Source of the DNA: an uncultured Candidatus Saccharibacteria bacterium | GTDB taxonomy: Bacteria > Patescibacteriota > Minisyncoccia > Minisyncoccales > GWA2-46-15 | Length of the DNA: 39,204 bases | Assembly: GCA_964424745.1 (NCBI GenBank) | Contig: CAYRJV010000001.1 | Coordinates: forward strand, 33,223-72,426 | Reading direction: 5' to 3' | Translations under genes and position numbers: made by a program | Part shown: positions 1-10,100 of the stretch, one piece after another | How the letters are laid out: each line of letters begins with the position of its first letter | Position numbering within the stretch: position 1 is the first letter of the stretch | The notes under the pieces: generated by a model | What the model was told of the DNA's origin: nothing | Databases searched by the model: none | The model's input: the letters and a program-made list of their open reading frames with translations, nothing else

Positions 1-645
1 TTGGAATTTATTTTAACTCGAGTTATACTTGAGTTAAGTTTTTCTATGATGACTATCTTTAGCTTAATTGTTTTACTGCTTTCCACGATTATCCACGAAA
101 TTGCTCACGGCAGTATGGCTTATTATTTGGGTGACCCGACCGCCAAAAACGAAGGCCGGCTGACCGTGAATCCCTTGATGCATTTAGATCCTTTTGGTTC
201 GATTTTTCTGCCTTTATCTTTACTGATCTTAAGCCGCGGCCAAGGTCCAATTTTCGGCTGGGCAAAACCCGTGCCGATTAATCCCTATAATTTCCGCGAC
301 CGGAGGTGGGGTGCGGTGAAAGTGGCTCTCGCCGGTCCAGCCACGAATTTTATCATCGGAGTTGTCTTTAGCCTCATCTGCCGTTTTTTTGTTATTGCCG
401 AGCCGCTAAAGATTCTTTTCGAGATAATCATTATTTATAATTTTGCCTGGGCGATATTCAATCTAATACCCCTTCCGCCACTTGATGGCCACTGGATTTT
501 ATTTAGTTTTCTGGGGAAACGATGGGACAATGTAAAAATCTTTTTAGGTCAATACGGTTTTTTTATTCTTCTATTCTTTATTCTTTTTGGCTTGTCGTGG
601 GTGTTTTACGGGGCTGAAGTCCTTTACGTTTTAATCGCTGGTTGA
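1..645 (+). CDS. M50-family (site-2-protease-like) integral-membrane zinc metallopeptidase; true start uncertain (ORF open to window edge, internal ATG at 46)
   Basis: HEIAHG (HExxH) inside a hydrophobic segment, downstream NLIPLPPLDG motif, several hydrophobic helices; TGA stop at 643-645. Confidence 0.8.
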   Translation: MEFILTRVILELSFSMMTIFSLIVLLLSTIIHEIAHGSMAYYLGDPTAKNEGRLTVNPLMHLDPFGSIFLPLSLLILSRGQGPIFGWAKPVPINPYNFRDRRWGAVKVALAGPATNFIIGVVFSLICRFFVIAEPLKILFEIIIIYNFAWAIFNLIPLPPLDGHWILFSFLGKRWDNVKIFLGQYGFFILLFFILFGLSWVFYGAEVLYVLIAG

Positions 646-734
646 CACTAAAGATTTTATTTGCTAATTTATAGGTTATGCTTGGCGTTAAACGCTTATT
701 AATAAATACAAACGCCTGGTAGAAATTATTTATT

Positions 735-1145
735 ATGCCGACAATTCATCAATTGATGAGAAAAGGAAGAAAGGTGATTAAAAAGAAAGATCGCACCCCG
801 GCTTTGGCTTATAGCTTCAATGTCTTGAAAAATCGTCCGGTAAAATTCTTTTCTCCATTGAAACGAGGAGTCTGTCTTAAGGTTTTTACCCGGACACCGA
901 AGAAACCAAACTCTGCCCTCAGAAAAGTGGCGCGAGTTAAACTGACGAGCGGTTTAAAGGTTACCGCTTATATCCCCGGCGAGGGTCATAATCTTCAGGA
1001 ACACTCAATCGTTTTAATTAGAGGCGGTCGGGTAAAAGATTTGCCGGGAGTAAGATACCATATCGTTAGGGGGAAATTGGATACGGCCGGAGTTGAAGGA
1101 AGGAGACAGGAAAGAAGTAAGTACGGCGTAAAAAGAACGAAGTAA
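735..1145 (+). CDS. rpsL: 30S ribosomal protein S12
   Basis: MPTIHQL...[15 protein letters not shown]...[10 protein letters not shown] are diagnostic S12 strings; first gene of the str operon order. Confidence 0.97.
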   Translation: MPTIHQLMRKGRKVIKKKDRTPALAYSFNVLKNRPVKFFSPLKRGVCLKVFTRTPKKPNSALRKVARVKLTSGLKVTAYIPGEGHNLQEHSIVLIRGGRVKDLPGVRYHIVRGKLDTAGVEGRRQERSKYGVKRTK

Positions 1146-1180
1146 ATTATTCAACACTGCGTTTTTGATTTGTTTTAAAT

Positions 1181-1648
1181 ATGAGCAGAAAAAAAATAGT
1201 AAAAAGAACTGTTCAGCCGGATCCCGTATATAATAGTGCTACGATCGAAAAATTTATAAACCAGGTAATGCGCAAGGGTAAGAAAACTATTGCCCGGAAA
1301 ATCGTCTACCGTGCCTTTGATATCGTAAAAGAGAAAACAAAAAAAGATCCACAGGAAATCTTTAATTTAGCTCTCGAGAACGCTTCTCCTCTTTTGGAAG
1401 TAAAACCGAAAAGGGTAGGCGGGGCAATTTACCAAGTTCCCCGAGAGGTCAAGGGAGAAAGAAAATTAACCTTAGCCATACGCTGGCTTATTTTAGGCGC
1501 GAAGGGAAGGAAAGGAAAACCAATGAGGGAAAAACTGGCCGGAGAATTAATTGATGCTTCAAATAATACCGGTTGGGCAGTCAGAAGAAAGGAAGATACG
1601 CATCGGATGGCGGAAGCGAATCGCGCCTTTGCCCACTTTTCTTGGTAA
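1181..1648 (+). CDS. rpsG: 30S ribosomal protein S7
   Basis: PDPVYNS...[30 protein letters not shown]-terminus; follows rpsL. Confidence 0.97.
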   Translation: MSRKKIVKRTVQPDPVYNSATIEKFINQVMRKGKKTIARKIVYRAFDIVKEKTKKDPQEIFNLALENASPLLEVKPKRVGGAIYQVPREVKGERKLTLAIRWLILGAKGRKGKPMREKLAGELIDASNNTGWAVRRKEDTHRMAEANRAFAHFSW

Positions 1649-1652
1649 AAAG

Positions 1653-3758
1653 ATGCCACGACAATATCCTTTGGAAAAATATCGGAATTTTGGCACGATT
1701 GCTCACATTGACGCCGGGAAAACCACTGTCACCGAGCGCATTTTGTTTTACACCGGCATTTCCCATAAGATTGGCGAGGTTCATGATGGCGCGGCCATTA
1801 TGGACTGGATGGAGCAGGAGAAAGAACGAGGAATAACGATTACCGCCGCCGCGACAACCTGTTTCTGGACGCCGTCAAGCCTGCCTAAAGAAAAACAAAA
1901 TGAATTTCGCCTGAACATTATTGATACGCCGGGCCATATCGATTTTACGGCTGAAGTTCAGCGTTCTCTTCGAGTATTGGATGGCGCCATTGTTATTTTT
2001 GATGGGGTTGCCGGTGTCGAGCCGCAGTCAGAGACAGTCTGGCGTCAGGCAGACAAGTATAACATTCCGCGAGTCTGTTTTGTCAACAAAATGGATCGGA
2101 TGGGGGCTTCTTTTGAAGAAGACGTTAAATCAATTTGGCACAAATTAACACCCAACGCCGTTATCCTTCAGATTCCCATTGGGACCGAAGAGAGGTTTTC
2201 CGGGGTCATCGACTTGATGAAAATGAAAGCTTTGAGGTTTAGGGGAGATTTTGGACAAATTGTTGAGGAAGAAGATATTCCAGTTGATTTTATTGAAGAA
2301 GCAAAAAAGTGGCGTAAGATGATGGTGGAGAAAATTGCGGCTGAAGATGAAGAACTCTTGGAAAAATTTCTCGCTGGAAAAGAGATTTCTGTCAGCGAAC
2401 TAAAATCCGCTCTACGGAAAGCGACTTTAGCTTATAAATTGATACCCGTTTTGTGCGGAGCGGCGCTGAAAAATGCCGGAATCCAGCCGCTTTTGGATGC
2501 TATCTGTGAATTTCTGCCTAGCCCGCTCGATCTTCCGCCGGTAAAAGGAATCGATCCCAATACCAATTTAGAAGTGGAGAGAAGATCAGATGATAAGGAA
2601 AGATTTGCCAGTTTGGCATTTAAAATTGCGACTGATCCTTATGTCGGCACCCTAACTTATTTTCGCGTCTACTCTGGTTCTTTAACCAAGGGTTCTTACG
2701 TTTTAAATACCACCAGCGGAGAAAAAGAAAGAATCAGCCGAATTTTAAGGATGCATGCCAATGAACGGGAAGAGGTCAATGAAGTCTTTGCCGGAGACAT
2801 TGCCGCGACTGTCGGATTAAAACGAACCTCCACTGGCCATACCTTGTGCGATGAGAATGCCCCGATTATTCTGGAAAAGATTAGTTTTCCCGAACCGGTT
2901 ATTTCTATTCGGGTTGAACCCAAAACGAAAGTTGACCTCGAAAAGATGACTTTAGCCTTGAGGAAGCTGGCCGAGGAAGATCCAACTTTTAGGGTCAAAG
3001 GTGACATTGAAACTGGGGAAACAATAATTTCCGGAATGGGAGAACTGCATCTCGAGATCATTGTTGACCGGATGAAAAGAGAATTTAAGGTTGAAGCCCA
3101 AGTCGGCAAGCCGCAGGTCGCCTACCGAGAGACAGTTAAAGCGGGAGCCGAGGCAGAGGGAAAATATATCCGGCAGAGCGGTGGCCATGGTCAATACGGT
3201 CATGTTTGGTTAAAGATTACACCCAAGAACAGAGGCGAGGGTTTTGAATTTATTGATGAGATTAAGGGAGGAATTATTCCTCGAGAATTTATTCCGGCAA
3301 TCGAAAAGGGAGTCAAAGAGGCAATGGATAAGGGCATTTTGGCTGGCTATCCGATGGTGGATATGGCCGTAACGTTATATGATGGTTCTTTTCACGAAGT
3401 CGATTCTTCGGAAATGGCATTTAAAATTGCCGGTTCGATCGCCTTGCAGGCAGCGAGTAAAAAAGCCAAACCAATTCTGCTTGAGCCGATAATGAAGCTG
3501 GAAGTAATTGTGCCCGAGGATTTTTTTGGCGATACGATTGGTGATCTTTCTGCCAGGCGGGGAAGAATTGACGAGACAAAAAGTAGACTGAATATGAAAG
3601 TCATTGATGCTAAGGTACCCTTGGCAGATATGTTTGGCTATGCCACCGCCTTAAGAAGCTTGACCGAGGGCAGAGGAACATTTACAATGGAATTTGACCA
3701 CTACGAGGAAGTGCCGGTAAATATTGCCCAAGAAATAATTGAAGGAAAAAGGAAATGA
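1653..3758 (+). CDS. fusA: Elongation factor G
   Basis: [27 protein letters not shown], full five-domain length (701 aa). Start set at ATG 1653, not the track ORF start 1551, which overlaps rpsG. Confidence 0.97.
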   Translation: MPRQYPLEKYRNFGTIAHIDAGKTTVTERILFYTGISHKIGEVHDGAAIMDWMEQEKERGITITAAATTCFWTPSSLPKEKQNEFRLNIIDTPGHIDFTAEVQRSLRVLDGAIVIFDGVAGVEPQSETVWRQADKYNIPRVCFVNKMDRMGASFEEDVKSIWHKLTPNAVILQIPIGTEERFSGVIDLMKMKALRFRGDFGQIVEEEDIPVDFIEEAKKWRKMMVEKIAAEDEELLEKFLAGKEISVSELKSALRKATLAYKLIPVLCGAALKNAGIQPLLDAICEFLPSPLDLPPVKGIDPNTNLEVERRSDDKERFASLAFKIATDPYVGTLTYFRVYSGSLTKGSYVLNTTSGEKERISRILRMHANEREEVNEVFAGDIAATVGLKRTSTGHTLCDENAPIILEKISFPEPVISIRVEPKTKVDLEKMTLALRKLAEEDPTFRVKGDIETGETIISGMGELHLEIIVDRMKREFKVEAQVGKPQVAYRETVKAGAEAEGKYIRQSGGHGQYGHVWLKITPKNRGEGFEFIDEIKGGIIPREFIPAIEKGVKEAMDKGILAGYPMVDMAVTLYDGSFHEVDSSEMAFKIAGSIALQAASKKAKPILLEPIMKLEVIVPEDFFGDTIGDLSARRGRIDETKSRLNMKVIDAKVPLADMFGYATALRSLTEGRGTFTMEFDHYEEVPVNIAQEIIEGKRK

Positions 3759-3772
3759 CTTTGGCTTCAATC

Positions 3773-3801
3773 TTGCATTAATTTCAATAATAAGGTATAA
3801 A
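3773..3801 (+). promoter_or_regulatory. Candidate sigma70-type promoter upstream of tuf (TTGCAT-17 nt-TATAAA)
   Basis: ttgcat 3773-3778, 17-nt spacer, tataaa 3796-3801 in the 145-nt fusA-tuf spacer; motif match only. Confidence 0.3.
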
Positions 3802-3867
3802 TAGTTCATTAGTTAATAACAAATTAGTTTAATTGCATGTAACGGAAGCATGACACAATAAATAATT

Positions 3868-3895
3868 GTTTCATGTTTCCAGTTTCATGTTTTTG
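3868..3895. repeat. Short-period repeat gtttcatg/tttccag/tttcatg (reverse orientation of the cttgaaa/catgaaa family)
   Basis: gtttcatgtttccagtttcatgttttt read directly; same word family as 5569-5637, 12416-12486, 16590-16619, 28738-28800. Confidence 0.85.
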
Positions 3896-3903
3896 TCTTC
3901 GCT

Positions 3904-5103
3904 ATGGCAGAGAAAGAAAAATTTGAAAGAACTAAACCTCATGTGAATGTCGGCACCATTGGTCATGTTGATCACGGGAAGACGACATTGACAGCGGCGA
4001 TCCTTAAGGTTTTAAATCTGAAAGGACTAAGAGCAACTCAGAGGAGCGTTGATGAAATTGATTCCGCGCCCGAAGAAAAGGCGAGAGGATTAACCATTTC
4101 TGTTTCTCATTTGGAATACGAAACAGAAAAGAGACACTATGCCCATATTGATTGTCCGGGACATGCCGACTACATTAAAAATATGATTACCGGGGCGGCG
4201 CAGATGGATGGGGCAATTTTGGTTGTTTCGGCACCTGACGGACCAATGCCGCAGACCAAAGAGCACGTTCTTTTAGCCAAACAGGTTGGCCTGCCGGCGA
4301 TTGTTGTTTTCCTGAATAAAGTGGATATGGTAGATGATCCGGAAATTATTGACTTAGTTGAGTCAGAGGTTCGCGAGCTTCTCAAGAAATATAATTTCCC
4401 TGGAGATACAACGCCAATTATTCGCGGCTCAGCTCTCAAAGCTTTGAACGCAACTTCCCTTGACGACCCGAACGTGCAGCCTATTTTGGAATTAACCAAG
4501 GCATTAGATGAGTATATCCCCGAGCCAGTGCGGGCAGTTGATAAACCATTCTTGATGTCGATTGAGGATGTCATGACCATTAGCGGACGGGGAACCGTGG
4601 TGACAGGTAGAATTGAAAGAGGCGTGGTTCATCCTAACGAGGAAGTTGAACTGGTTGGTTTAAAGACAACCCTAAAGACAGTCGCCGTCAGTATCGAAAT
4701 GTTCCAGAAGACACTTGATGAAGGAAGAGCCGGGGATAATGTCGGAATTTTATTGAGAGGGGTGGAAAAAGAGCAGGCAGAAAGAGGTCAGGTTTTAGCC
4801 AAACCAGGATCAATTACGCCTCATGCTGAATTTGAAGCTGAAGTTTATATCTTAACCAAAGAAGAAGGAGGTAGACACACACCTTTCTTTACCGGCTATA
4901 AACCTCAATTTTATATTAGAACGGCGGATGTTACTGGAGAGGTAACCTTACCAGAAGGGACAGAGATGGTGATGCCCGGGGATACGGTAAATCTAAAGAT
5001 TAAGTTACTGGTGCCGGCCGCCCTGGAAGAAAAACAGAGTTTTGCCATCCGGGAGGGAGGAAAAACAGTCGGTGCCGGAGTCGTCAATAAAATCTCTAAG
5101 TAA
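3904..5103 (+). CDS. tuf: Elongation factor Tu
   Basis: [32 protein letters not shown]; 399 aa. Confidence 0.98.
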   Translation: MAEKEKFERTKPHVNVGTIGHVDHGKTTLTAAILKVLNLKGLRATQRSVDEIDSAPEEKARGLTISVSHLEYETEKRHYAHIDCPGHADYIKNMITGAAQMDGAILVVSAPDGPMPQTKEHVLLAKQVGLPAIVVFLNKVDMVDDPEIIDLVESEVRELLKKYNFPGDTTPIIRGSALKALNATSLDDPNVQPILELTKALDEYIPEPVRAVDKPFLMSIEDVMTISGRGTVVTGRIERGVVHPNEEVELVGLKTTLKTVAVSIEMFQKTLDEGRAGDNVGILLRGVEKEQAERGQVLAKPGSITPHAEFEAEVYILTKEEGGRHTPFFTGYKPQFYIRTADVTGEVTLPEGTEMVMPGDTVNLKIKLLVPAALEEKQSFAIREGGKTVGAGVVNKISK

Positions 5104-5143
5104 AACGATATTGAATTCTAATCCGTAATCTGTTCTTTTTAAG

Positions 5144-5491
5144 ATGGTAGAGAAAAAAGCTAGCGCACTTAAAGAAGAGAAGATCGAAAGGCCAAGGCTA
5201 CGGATAAAACTCCGTGCCTATGACCATAAAATTATTGATAATAGTGCCCGCCAGATCGTGGAGACTGCTTTACGTTATGGAGTGGAGGTGGTGGGACCGG
5301 TTCCTATTCCGACAGAAATTCACAAGCACACGGTTAACCGTTCTTCTTTCGTTCATAAAGACGCCCGCGAACAATTTGAAATCCGAGTTCATAAAAGGCT
5401 GATTGATATTCTCAATCCGACACCAAAAGTTATTGAGGCATTGATCAACTTGACCTTGCCGGCCGGAGTGGATATTGAGATAAAGACATAA
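5144..5491 (+). CDS. rpsJ: 30S ribosomal protein S10
   Basis: [15 protein letters not shown]...GPVPIPT...[24 protein letters not shown] matches the S10 pattern; directly after tuf. Confidence 0.95.
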   Translation: MVEKKASALKEEKIERPRLRIKLRAYDHKIIDNSARQIVETALRYGVEVVGPVPIPTEIHKHTVNRSSFVHKDAREQFEIRVHKRLIDILNPTPKVIEALINLTLPAGVDIEIKT

Positions 5492-5568
5492 GAAGAGTCA
5501 AAATTCAATCTGGCAATAAACTCAGGATTAGTCCCGACGAAGTTTGGATGAATTAAAACCTCTCGAAC

Positions 5569-5637
5569 CATGGAACTTGAAACTTGGAACAAATGATTAG
5601 TTTCTTGCGTTTCATGTTTTAAGTTGTAAGTTTCGTG
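5569..5637. repeat. Heptamer array catggaa-cttgaaa-cttggaa-caaatga plus an inverted copy (gtttcatgttttaagttgtaagtttcgtg)
   Basis: 7-nt register read directly; forward (5569-5590) and reverse (5609-5637) word blocks can pair imperfectly. Confidence 0.85.
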
Positions 5638-5664
5638 AGGTAAGGGGTTTACTTTTTTTATTTT

Positions 5665-5693
5665 TTGTCATATTATTACTTGCGGATGATAAT
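5665..5693 (+). promoter_or_regulatory. Candidate internal promoter in the rpsJ-rplC spacer (TTGTCA-17 nt-GATAAT)
   Basis: ttgtca 5665-5670, 17-nt spacer, gataat 5688-5693, preceded by a T-run (5652-5666); motif match only. Confidence 0.35.
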
Positions 5694-5733
5694 GAGCGAT
5701 TAAAAGTTTAAGCTTATCGCCAATAGCCAAAGG

Positions 5734-5758
5734 GAAAACCGGGCTATGCCCGGTTTTC
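5734..5758 (+). promoter_or_regulatory. Perfect 11-bp stem-loop 13 nt upstream of the rplC start codon (possible regulatory or processing hairpin)
   Basis: gaaaaccgggc (5734-5744) / tat / gcccggttttc (5748-5758), exact reverse complements. Confidence 0.5.
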
Positions 5759-5770
5759 AATTAGTGATTT

Positions 5771-6370
5771 ATGAAGAAATTTATTCTTGGCAAAAAAATC
5801 GGAGCCTCTCAGATTTTTGATGAAAAAGGAAATTTTATTCCGGTTACCCTTATCAAAGCTGGACCGTGTAAAATAGTTCAGGTAAAGACTAAAGAAAAAG
5901 ACGGTTACGAAGCGTTTCAACTTGGGTTTGAAGAAACAAAACGGAAAATTAAAAAGACAATGAAAGGAAAAGAATTTAAGTATTTAAAAGAATTCAGGCC
6001 AAAAGGAGAAATCGAAAGAGAACTGAAAGGAGGTGAATGGATTAATGTCGCGGTTTTTCAGCCCGGCGAGAAAATTGATGTTTCTGGTATCTCTAAGGGA
6101 AAAGGTTTTCAAGGTGCCGTAAAAAGATGGAGATTTCACGGAAAGAATGCCACTCATGGCAACCGTCATGATGAGAGGACGCTGGGGTCAACCGGAATGT
6201 CTTTTCCTCAGCGAGTAATTAAGGGAAAGAAAATGCCGGGAAGAATGGGGGGTGAAAAAGTGACGATAAAAAATTTAAAAATAGTGAAAATCGATCCCGA
6301 AAATAATATTTTAGCCGTCAGGGGAGCGGTGCCGGGAAAAAGAGGAACGCCTCTGGAAATTAAGGGATAA
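5771..6370 (+). CDS. rplC: 50S ribosomal protein L3
   Basis: GKKIGASQIFDEKGNFIPVTLI, GKGFQGAVKRW.F.G pattern; operon position. Confidence 0.95.
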   Translation: MKKFILGKKIGASQIFDEKGNFIPVTLIKAGPCKIVQVKTKEKDGYEAFQLGFEETKRKIKKTMKGKEFKYLKEFRPKGEIERELKGGEWINVAVFQPGEKIDVSGISKGKGFQGAVKRWRFHGKNATHGNRHDERTLGSTGMSFPQRVIKGKKMPGRMGGEKVTIKNLKIVKIDPENNILAVRGAVPGKRGTPLEIKG

Positions 6371-6386
6371 AATAACAGTTTAATCT

Positions 6387-7064
6387 ATGAAGATTTCAGT
6401 TTATAATCAAGAGGGGAAAGAGGCAGGACAAATCGCCTTGCCAAAAGAAATTTTTGAGTTGAAAGTAAGTCCCGATCTGGTCTATCAGGTGGCAATTACC
6501 CAAATGGCAAATCAAAGACAGGTTTCCGCCAAAGCCAAGAGTCGAGGAGAAGTGGCTGGTGGCGGTCGGAAACCCTGGCGGCAAAAAGGAACAGGCAGAG
6601 CTCGGCATGGGTCAATCAGGTCTCCGTTATGGAAAGGAGGCGGCGTCACCTTTGGTCCAACCCCTGAAAGAAACTTCAAAAAAAGAATTAACCGGAAGAT
6701 GAAGAGAAAAGCCATTGAGATGCTTTTATCTTCAAAGGCAAAAGAACAAACCCTGTTTGTTTTAGATAATTTAAAAATTGAAGAGCCGAAGACAAAACTG
6801 ATGGCTGAAGTGATCAAGAACTTAAAGCCAATTTTTCAAAAAGGCGAAATTAGCGAGAACCGCACTAAAGAGAGTATTCTGATCGTTTTAGCTAATAAAG
6901 ATAATAATATTATCAGAGCCAGTCGAAACATTGCTGGCGTAGAGACTGTTTTGGCGAAGGACCTGAATGCTCTGCAACTACTTTCTTTTAAATATCTGGT
7001 AACGACCGAAGAAGCAATTAAAGTAATTAAAGAAAAATTAACAAAGAAAAATGGCAATCCTTGA
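6387..7064 (+). CDS. rplD: 50S ribosomal protein L4
   Basis: GGGRKPWRQKGTGRARHGSIRSPLWKGGGVTFGP motif; operon position. Confidence 0.92.
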   Translation: MKISVYNQEGKEAGQIALPKEIFELKVSPDLVYQVAITQMANQRQVSAKAKSRGEVAGGGRKPWRQKGTGRARHGSIRSPLWKGGGVTFGPTPERNFKKRINRKMKRKAIEMLLSSKAKEQTLFVLDNLKIEEPKTKLMAEVIKNLKPIFQKGEISENRTKESILIVLANKDNNIIRASRNIAGVETVLAKDLNALQLLSFKYLVTTEEAIKVIKEKLTKKNGNP

Positions 7065-7530
7065 TTTATTTAAAAGTAAAAAAAAGAAAGGTAAGGGAGA
7101 AAAACCAGTGGGAAAGTTGGAAAAGAAGCTTAAACAAACAGCACCTGAGAGGGCAAAAGCAAAACCCAAGACGATAAAAGAGAAAACGATTGGAGAAGAA
7201 AAACCAGTCGAGACAAAAGTAGCCAAACCAAAAACAGAGCCAAGGCCCAGTGATGCCTACCGTGTTTTAAAATCTCCGGTGATTACCGAAAAAGCAACAG
7301 ATTTGGCAGAGAAAAATCAATACGTTTTTAAAGTCTCATCTTTGGCAAACAAAACCGAAGTAAAAAAGGCTGTTCAGAATGTTTATGGGGTGAATGTTTT
7401 GAGCGTCAAGATTATCAATCTTCCCAAAAAAGCAAGAATCGTCGGCAGAAAAAAGGGATGGAAAAAAGGTTATAAAAAAGCAATCGTCAAAATAAAAAAA
7501 GGTCAGAAAATAGAAGTCCTGCCTCGTTAG
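7051..7530 (+). CDS. rplW: 50S ribosomal protein L23 with a Lys-rich N-terminal extension of about 60 aa
   Basis: C-terminal 95 aa (VLKSPVITEKAT...YVFKV...KTEVKKAV...V.V..VKIIN) is L23-like; 14-nt overlap with rplD. Confidence 0.85.
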   Translation: MAILDLFKSKKKKGKGEKPVGKLEKKLKQTAPERAKAKPKTIKEKTIGEEKPVETKVAKPKTEPRPSDAYRVLKSPVITEKATDLAEKNQYVFKVSSLANKTEVKKAVQNVYGVNVLSVKIINLPKKARIVGRKKGWKKGYKKAIVKIKKGQKIEVLPR

Positions 7531-7579
7531 CCCTATTTAGAAACCTTTGGATTTTACGGGTTAGAAACTAAAGTTATTT

Positions 7580-8386
7580 ATGATTCAAGAATTTACAACC
7601 AAAAAATTATTAACCAAGAAAGAGCCAGAAAAAAGATTAATTATTGCCCGTCAAAGAAGAAAAGGAAGAGCTCGTTCGGGGAGAATCACGACGAGGCATA
7701 AAGGCGGCGGAGCGAAAAGGCTTTACCGGCTGGTTGATTTTCAGCAGGCGAAATTCAATCTGCCGGCGAAAGTGATTGCTTTGGAGTACGATCCTTTTCG
7801 CAGTGGCTTTATTGCTTTGATTGAGTATTTAGATAAAGAGAGAAGGTATATTTTAGCGCCACAAAATCTAGCCGTGGGGGACGAAATAATTAGCGCCGAA
7901 AAAGCGGAGATAAAACCGGGAAATAGGATGAAACTAAAAAACATTCCGGTTGGTACTCCAGTTTATAACATTGAAATCGAACCAGGGAAGGGCGGCGTCT
8001 TGGTCAGAGGAGCAGGTACCGCCGCGACTGTCTTAGCCAATGAAAGAGGATTTGTTCATTTGGAGATGCCGTCGTCGGAAGTCAGGAAAATTTCTGAAGA
8101 TTGTTTTGCCTCAGTTGGTACTGTTTCTTATCCTGAAAATCGGTTTATCAATCGTAAAAAAGCCGGCACTGTCCGACATCTGGGAATAAGGCCGACGGTT
8201 CGGGGAGCAGCGATGAATCCCATTGATCATCCCCATGGTGGTGGAGAAGGAAAAACCGGAATTGGATTGAAGCACCCAAAAACTCCTTGGGGAAAACCGG
8301 CTTTGGGTGTCAAGACAAGAAAGAGAAGGAAATGGACTAATATGTTTATTATTAAACGAAGAATAAAGAAAGCTAAGAGAATCTAA
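7580..8386 (+). CDS. rplB: 50S ribosomal protein L2
   Basis: GRITTRHKGGGAKRLYR.VDF, IALIEY, RGAAMNPIDHPHGGGEGKT. Confidence 0.96.
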   Translation: MIQEFTTKKLLTKKEPEKRLIIARQRRKGRARSGRITTRHKGGGAKRLYRLVDFQQAKFNLPAKVIALEYDPFRSGFIALIEYLDKERRYILAPQNLAVGDEIISAEKAEIKPGNRMKLKNIPVGTPVYNIEIEPGKGGVLVRGAGTAATVLANERGFVHLEMPSSEVRKISEDCFASVGTVSYPENRFINRKKAGTVRHLGIRPTVRGAAMNPIDHPHGGGEGKTGIGLKHPKTPWGKPALGVKTRKRRKWTNMFIIKRRIKKAKRI

Positions 8387-8388
8387 CC

Positions 8389-8412
8389 CTTCGACAAGCC
8401 AGAGCGTCGAAG
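8389..8412. repeat. Hairpin cttcgac-N10-gtcgaag (member of the ttcg...gtcgaag spacer hairpin family)
   Basis: 7-bp perfect stem 8389-8395 / 8406-8412 in the rplB-rpsS spacer; the gtcgaag word is shared with 13138-13174 and 36548-36567. Confidence 0.7.
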
Positions 8413-8425
8413 CATTAAAAATTTT

Positions 8426-8803
8426 ATGGCTAGATCAACAAAAAAAGGTCCCTATGTTGCCGAAGAGCTTCTTAAGAAGATAAATCGAATGAAACCGGGC
8501 ACAAAAGAAATAATAAGAACTTGGTGCCGGGCTTGCACCATTACGCCGGAGATGGTTGGTTTTACTTTTGGAGTTTATAACGGAAAAACCCATCTGCCGG
8601 TATCGGTAACCGAAGAAATGGTGGGTCACCGATTAGGTGAGTTTTCACCGACCACGAGATTCTCCAGACATGGTGGCCGGATTCAACGAGAAATAGAAGC
8701 CAAAGAAGCAGAAAAGGAAGCCACCAAATTGAAAGAGCCAGGAGTCGTCGCGGGTCAGCCAACCGCCGTATCTAAACCAGCGGAAGGCAAGAAAAAAGAA
8801 TAA
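8426..8803 (+). CDS. rpsS: 30S ribosomal protein S19 with a Glu/Lys-rich C-terminal tail of about 30 aa
   Basis: [38 protein letters not shown]. Confidence 0.93.
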   Translation: MARSTKKGPYVAEELLKKINRMKPGTKEIIRTWCRACTITPEMVGFTFGVYNGKTHLPVSVTEEMVGHRLGEFSPTTRFSRHGGRIQREIEAKEAEKEATKLKEPGVVAGQPTAVSKPAEGKKKE

Positions 8804-8822
8804 TTCTCATCGAGATAAAACG

Positions 8823-9344
8823 ATGCCAATTAGTGCGAAATTAAGAAATTTAAATATTGCCCCACGGAAGGTTCGCTTGGTTAGTGATCTTATCCGTGGA
8901 AAGAAGGTTAAAGAGGCTTTAGTTATTTTGCGTTTTACGGTCAAGCGGTCAAGCCAGCCTATTCTTAAGCTTTTGCTTTCAGCTGTGGCTAATGCTCGAC
9001 ATAATTTTGATTTGGACGATAATAATCTTTATATCTCTAAAATTACGGTAGATGAGGGCCGTAAGCAAAAGCGCTGGGAACCGCGAGCCAGGGGAGTCGC
9101 TTCGGAAATCCAGAAAAAGACTTCGCATATTACCTTGGTTCTTGATGAAATTCAGAAAACCGCTAGAAAGGAATTGAGAAAAGACAAAGAGATGATGGAA
9201 AAACCAGCCGAAGAAAAACCTATAATAGAAGGTAAAGAGAGAAGTGAGACTAAGCCGAAATTTAAACCAGAAATCAAATGGCAGAAGCCGAGAACGGAAA
9301 GGGGAATCCAAAAAATTTTCCGCCGAAAAGCATTTTCAAAATAA
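8823..9344 (+). CDS. rplV: 50S ribosomal protein L22 with a charged C-terminal extension of about 55 aa
   Basis: N-terminal 115 aa L22-like (ISPRKVRLV.DLIRGK.V.EAL..L.F, ANA..N); operon position. Confidence 0.9.
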   Translation: MPISAKLRNLNIAPRKVRLVSDLIRGKKVKEALVILRFTVKRSSQPILKLLLSAVANARHNFDLDDNNLYISKITVDEGRKQKRWEPRARGVASEIQKKTSHITLVLDEIQKTARKELRKDKEMMEKPAEEKPIIEGKERSETKPKFKPEIKWQKPRTERGIQKIFRRKAFSK

Positions 9345-9396
9345 TCTTATTAAAGAGTTTATTGTTTAGAGTTTAAGGTTTAATGTTGACATTTGT

Positions 9397-10068
9397 ATGA
9401 CTCATCACGTTCACCCAAAAGCAATGAGAATTAGAGAGACAGCCGATTGGTTGACTCGCGGGTTTTACAGCCAGAGCTTTCCTGAGTTTTTGAAAGAAGA
9501 TTTTGCCATTAGGAAATTCTTAGAAAAAAAATTGGCCGGTATGGGTATTGAAAAAATTGAGATCGAGCGGTTTCCCGGGAAGGTCAATATCATTATTTTC
9601 AGCGGCCGACCCGGGTTGATTATTGGTCGGGGAGGCGAAGGAGTGGAGATATTGAAGAAAGCCATGATTAAGATTATCTCCCGTGATCGGACGGTTAAAT
9701 CATCTTCTAAATCATTACCAAAAGAAGAGGTAAGAATTGAAATTAGGGAGGCAAAAGACATGTGGTCTTCGGCCGCCTTGGTCGGTCAGTCAATTGCCCA
9801 GCAAATTGAAAAAAGAACTCCCTTTAGAAAAGTGATGAAAGGCGCCATCGAGAAAGTAATGGCGCAAAAAGGTGTTGAAGGAGTCAGGGTTGAAGTGGCG
9901 GGGAGATTAAATGGGGTGGAGATATCCCGGCGGGAATGGTTAGGTAAAGGCCGGATGCCGCGACAGACGATCAGAGCCGTAATCGACTATGCCCAAGCCA
10001 GAGCTTATTGCACTTATGGCGTGATCGGGATAAAAGTATGGATATATAAAGGGGAAAAATTTGAATAA
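9397..10068 (+). CDS. rpsC: 30S ribosomal protein S3
   Basis: HKVHP-type N-terminus, KH domain (IEIER...V.I..GRPGLIIGRGG), GRLNGVEISR.EW...GR.P..T..A.IDY. Confidence 0.93.
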   Translation: MTHHVHPKAMRIRETADWLTRGFYSQSFPEFLKEDFAIRKFLEKKLAGMGIEKIEIERFPGKVNIIIFSGRPGLIIGRGGEGVEILKKAMIKIISRDRTVKSSSKSLPKEEVRIEIREAKDMWSSAALVGQSIAQQIEKRTPFRKVMKGAIEKVMAQKGVEGVRVEVAGRLNGVEISRREWLGKGRMPRQTIRAVIDYAQARAYCTYGVIGIKVWIYKGEKFE

Positions 10069-10100
10069 TTTAAAAGAAAAAATAAGAGATTAGTTAAAAT

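Noticed and set aside
190-205. tRNA-like T-loop string ggttcgatt
   Set aside because: It lies inside the M50 protease coding sequence with no surrounding cloverleaf. No tRNA-like structures were found in any intergenic region.
1551-1652. Upstream extension of the fusA ORF (track start 1551), overlapping the end of rpsG
   Set aside because: The extension translates to non-EF-G sequence and overlaps rpsG in another frame. ATG 1653 gives the canonical [26 protein letters not shown]-terminus.
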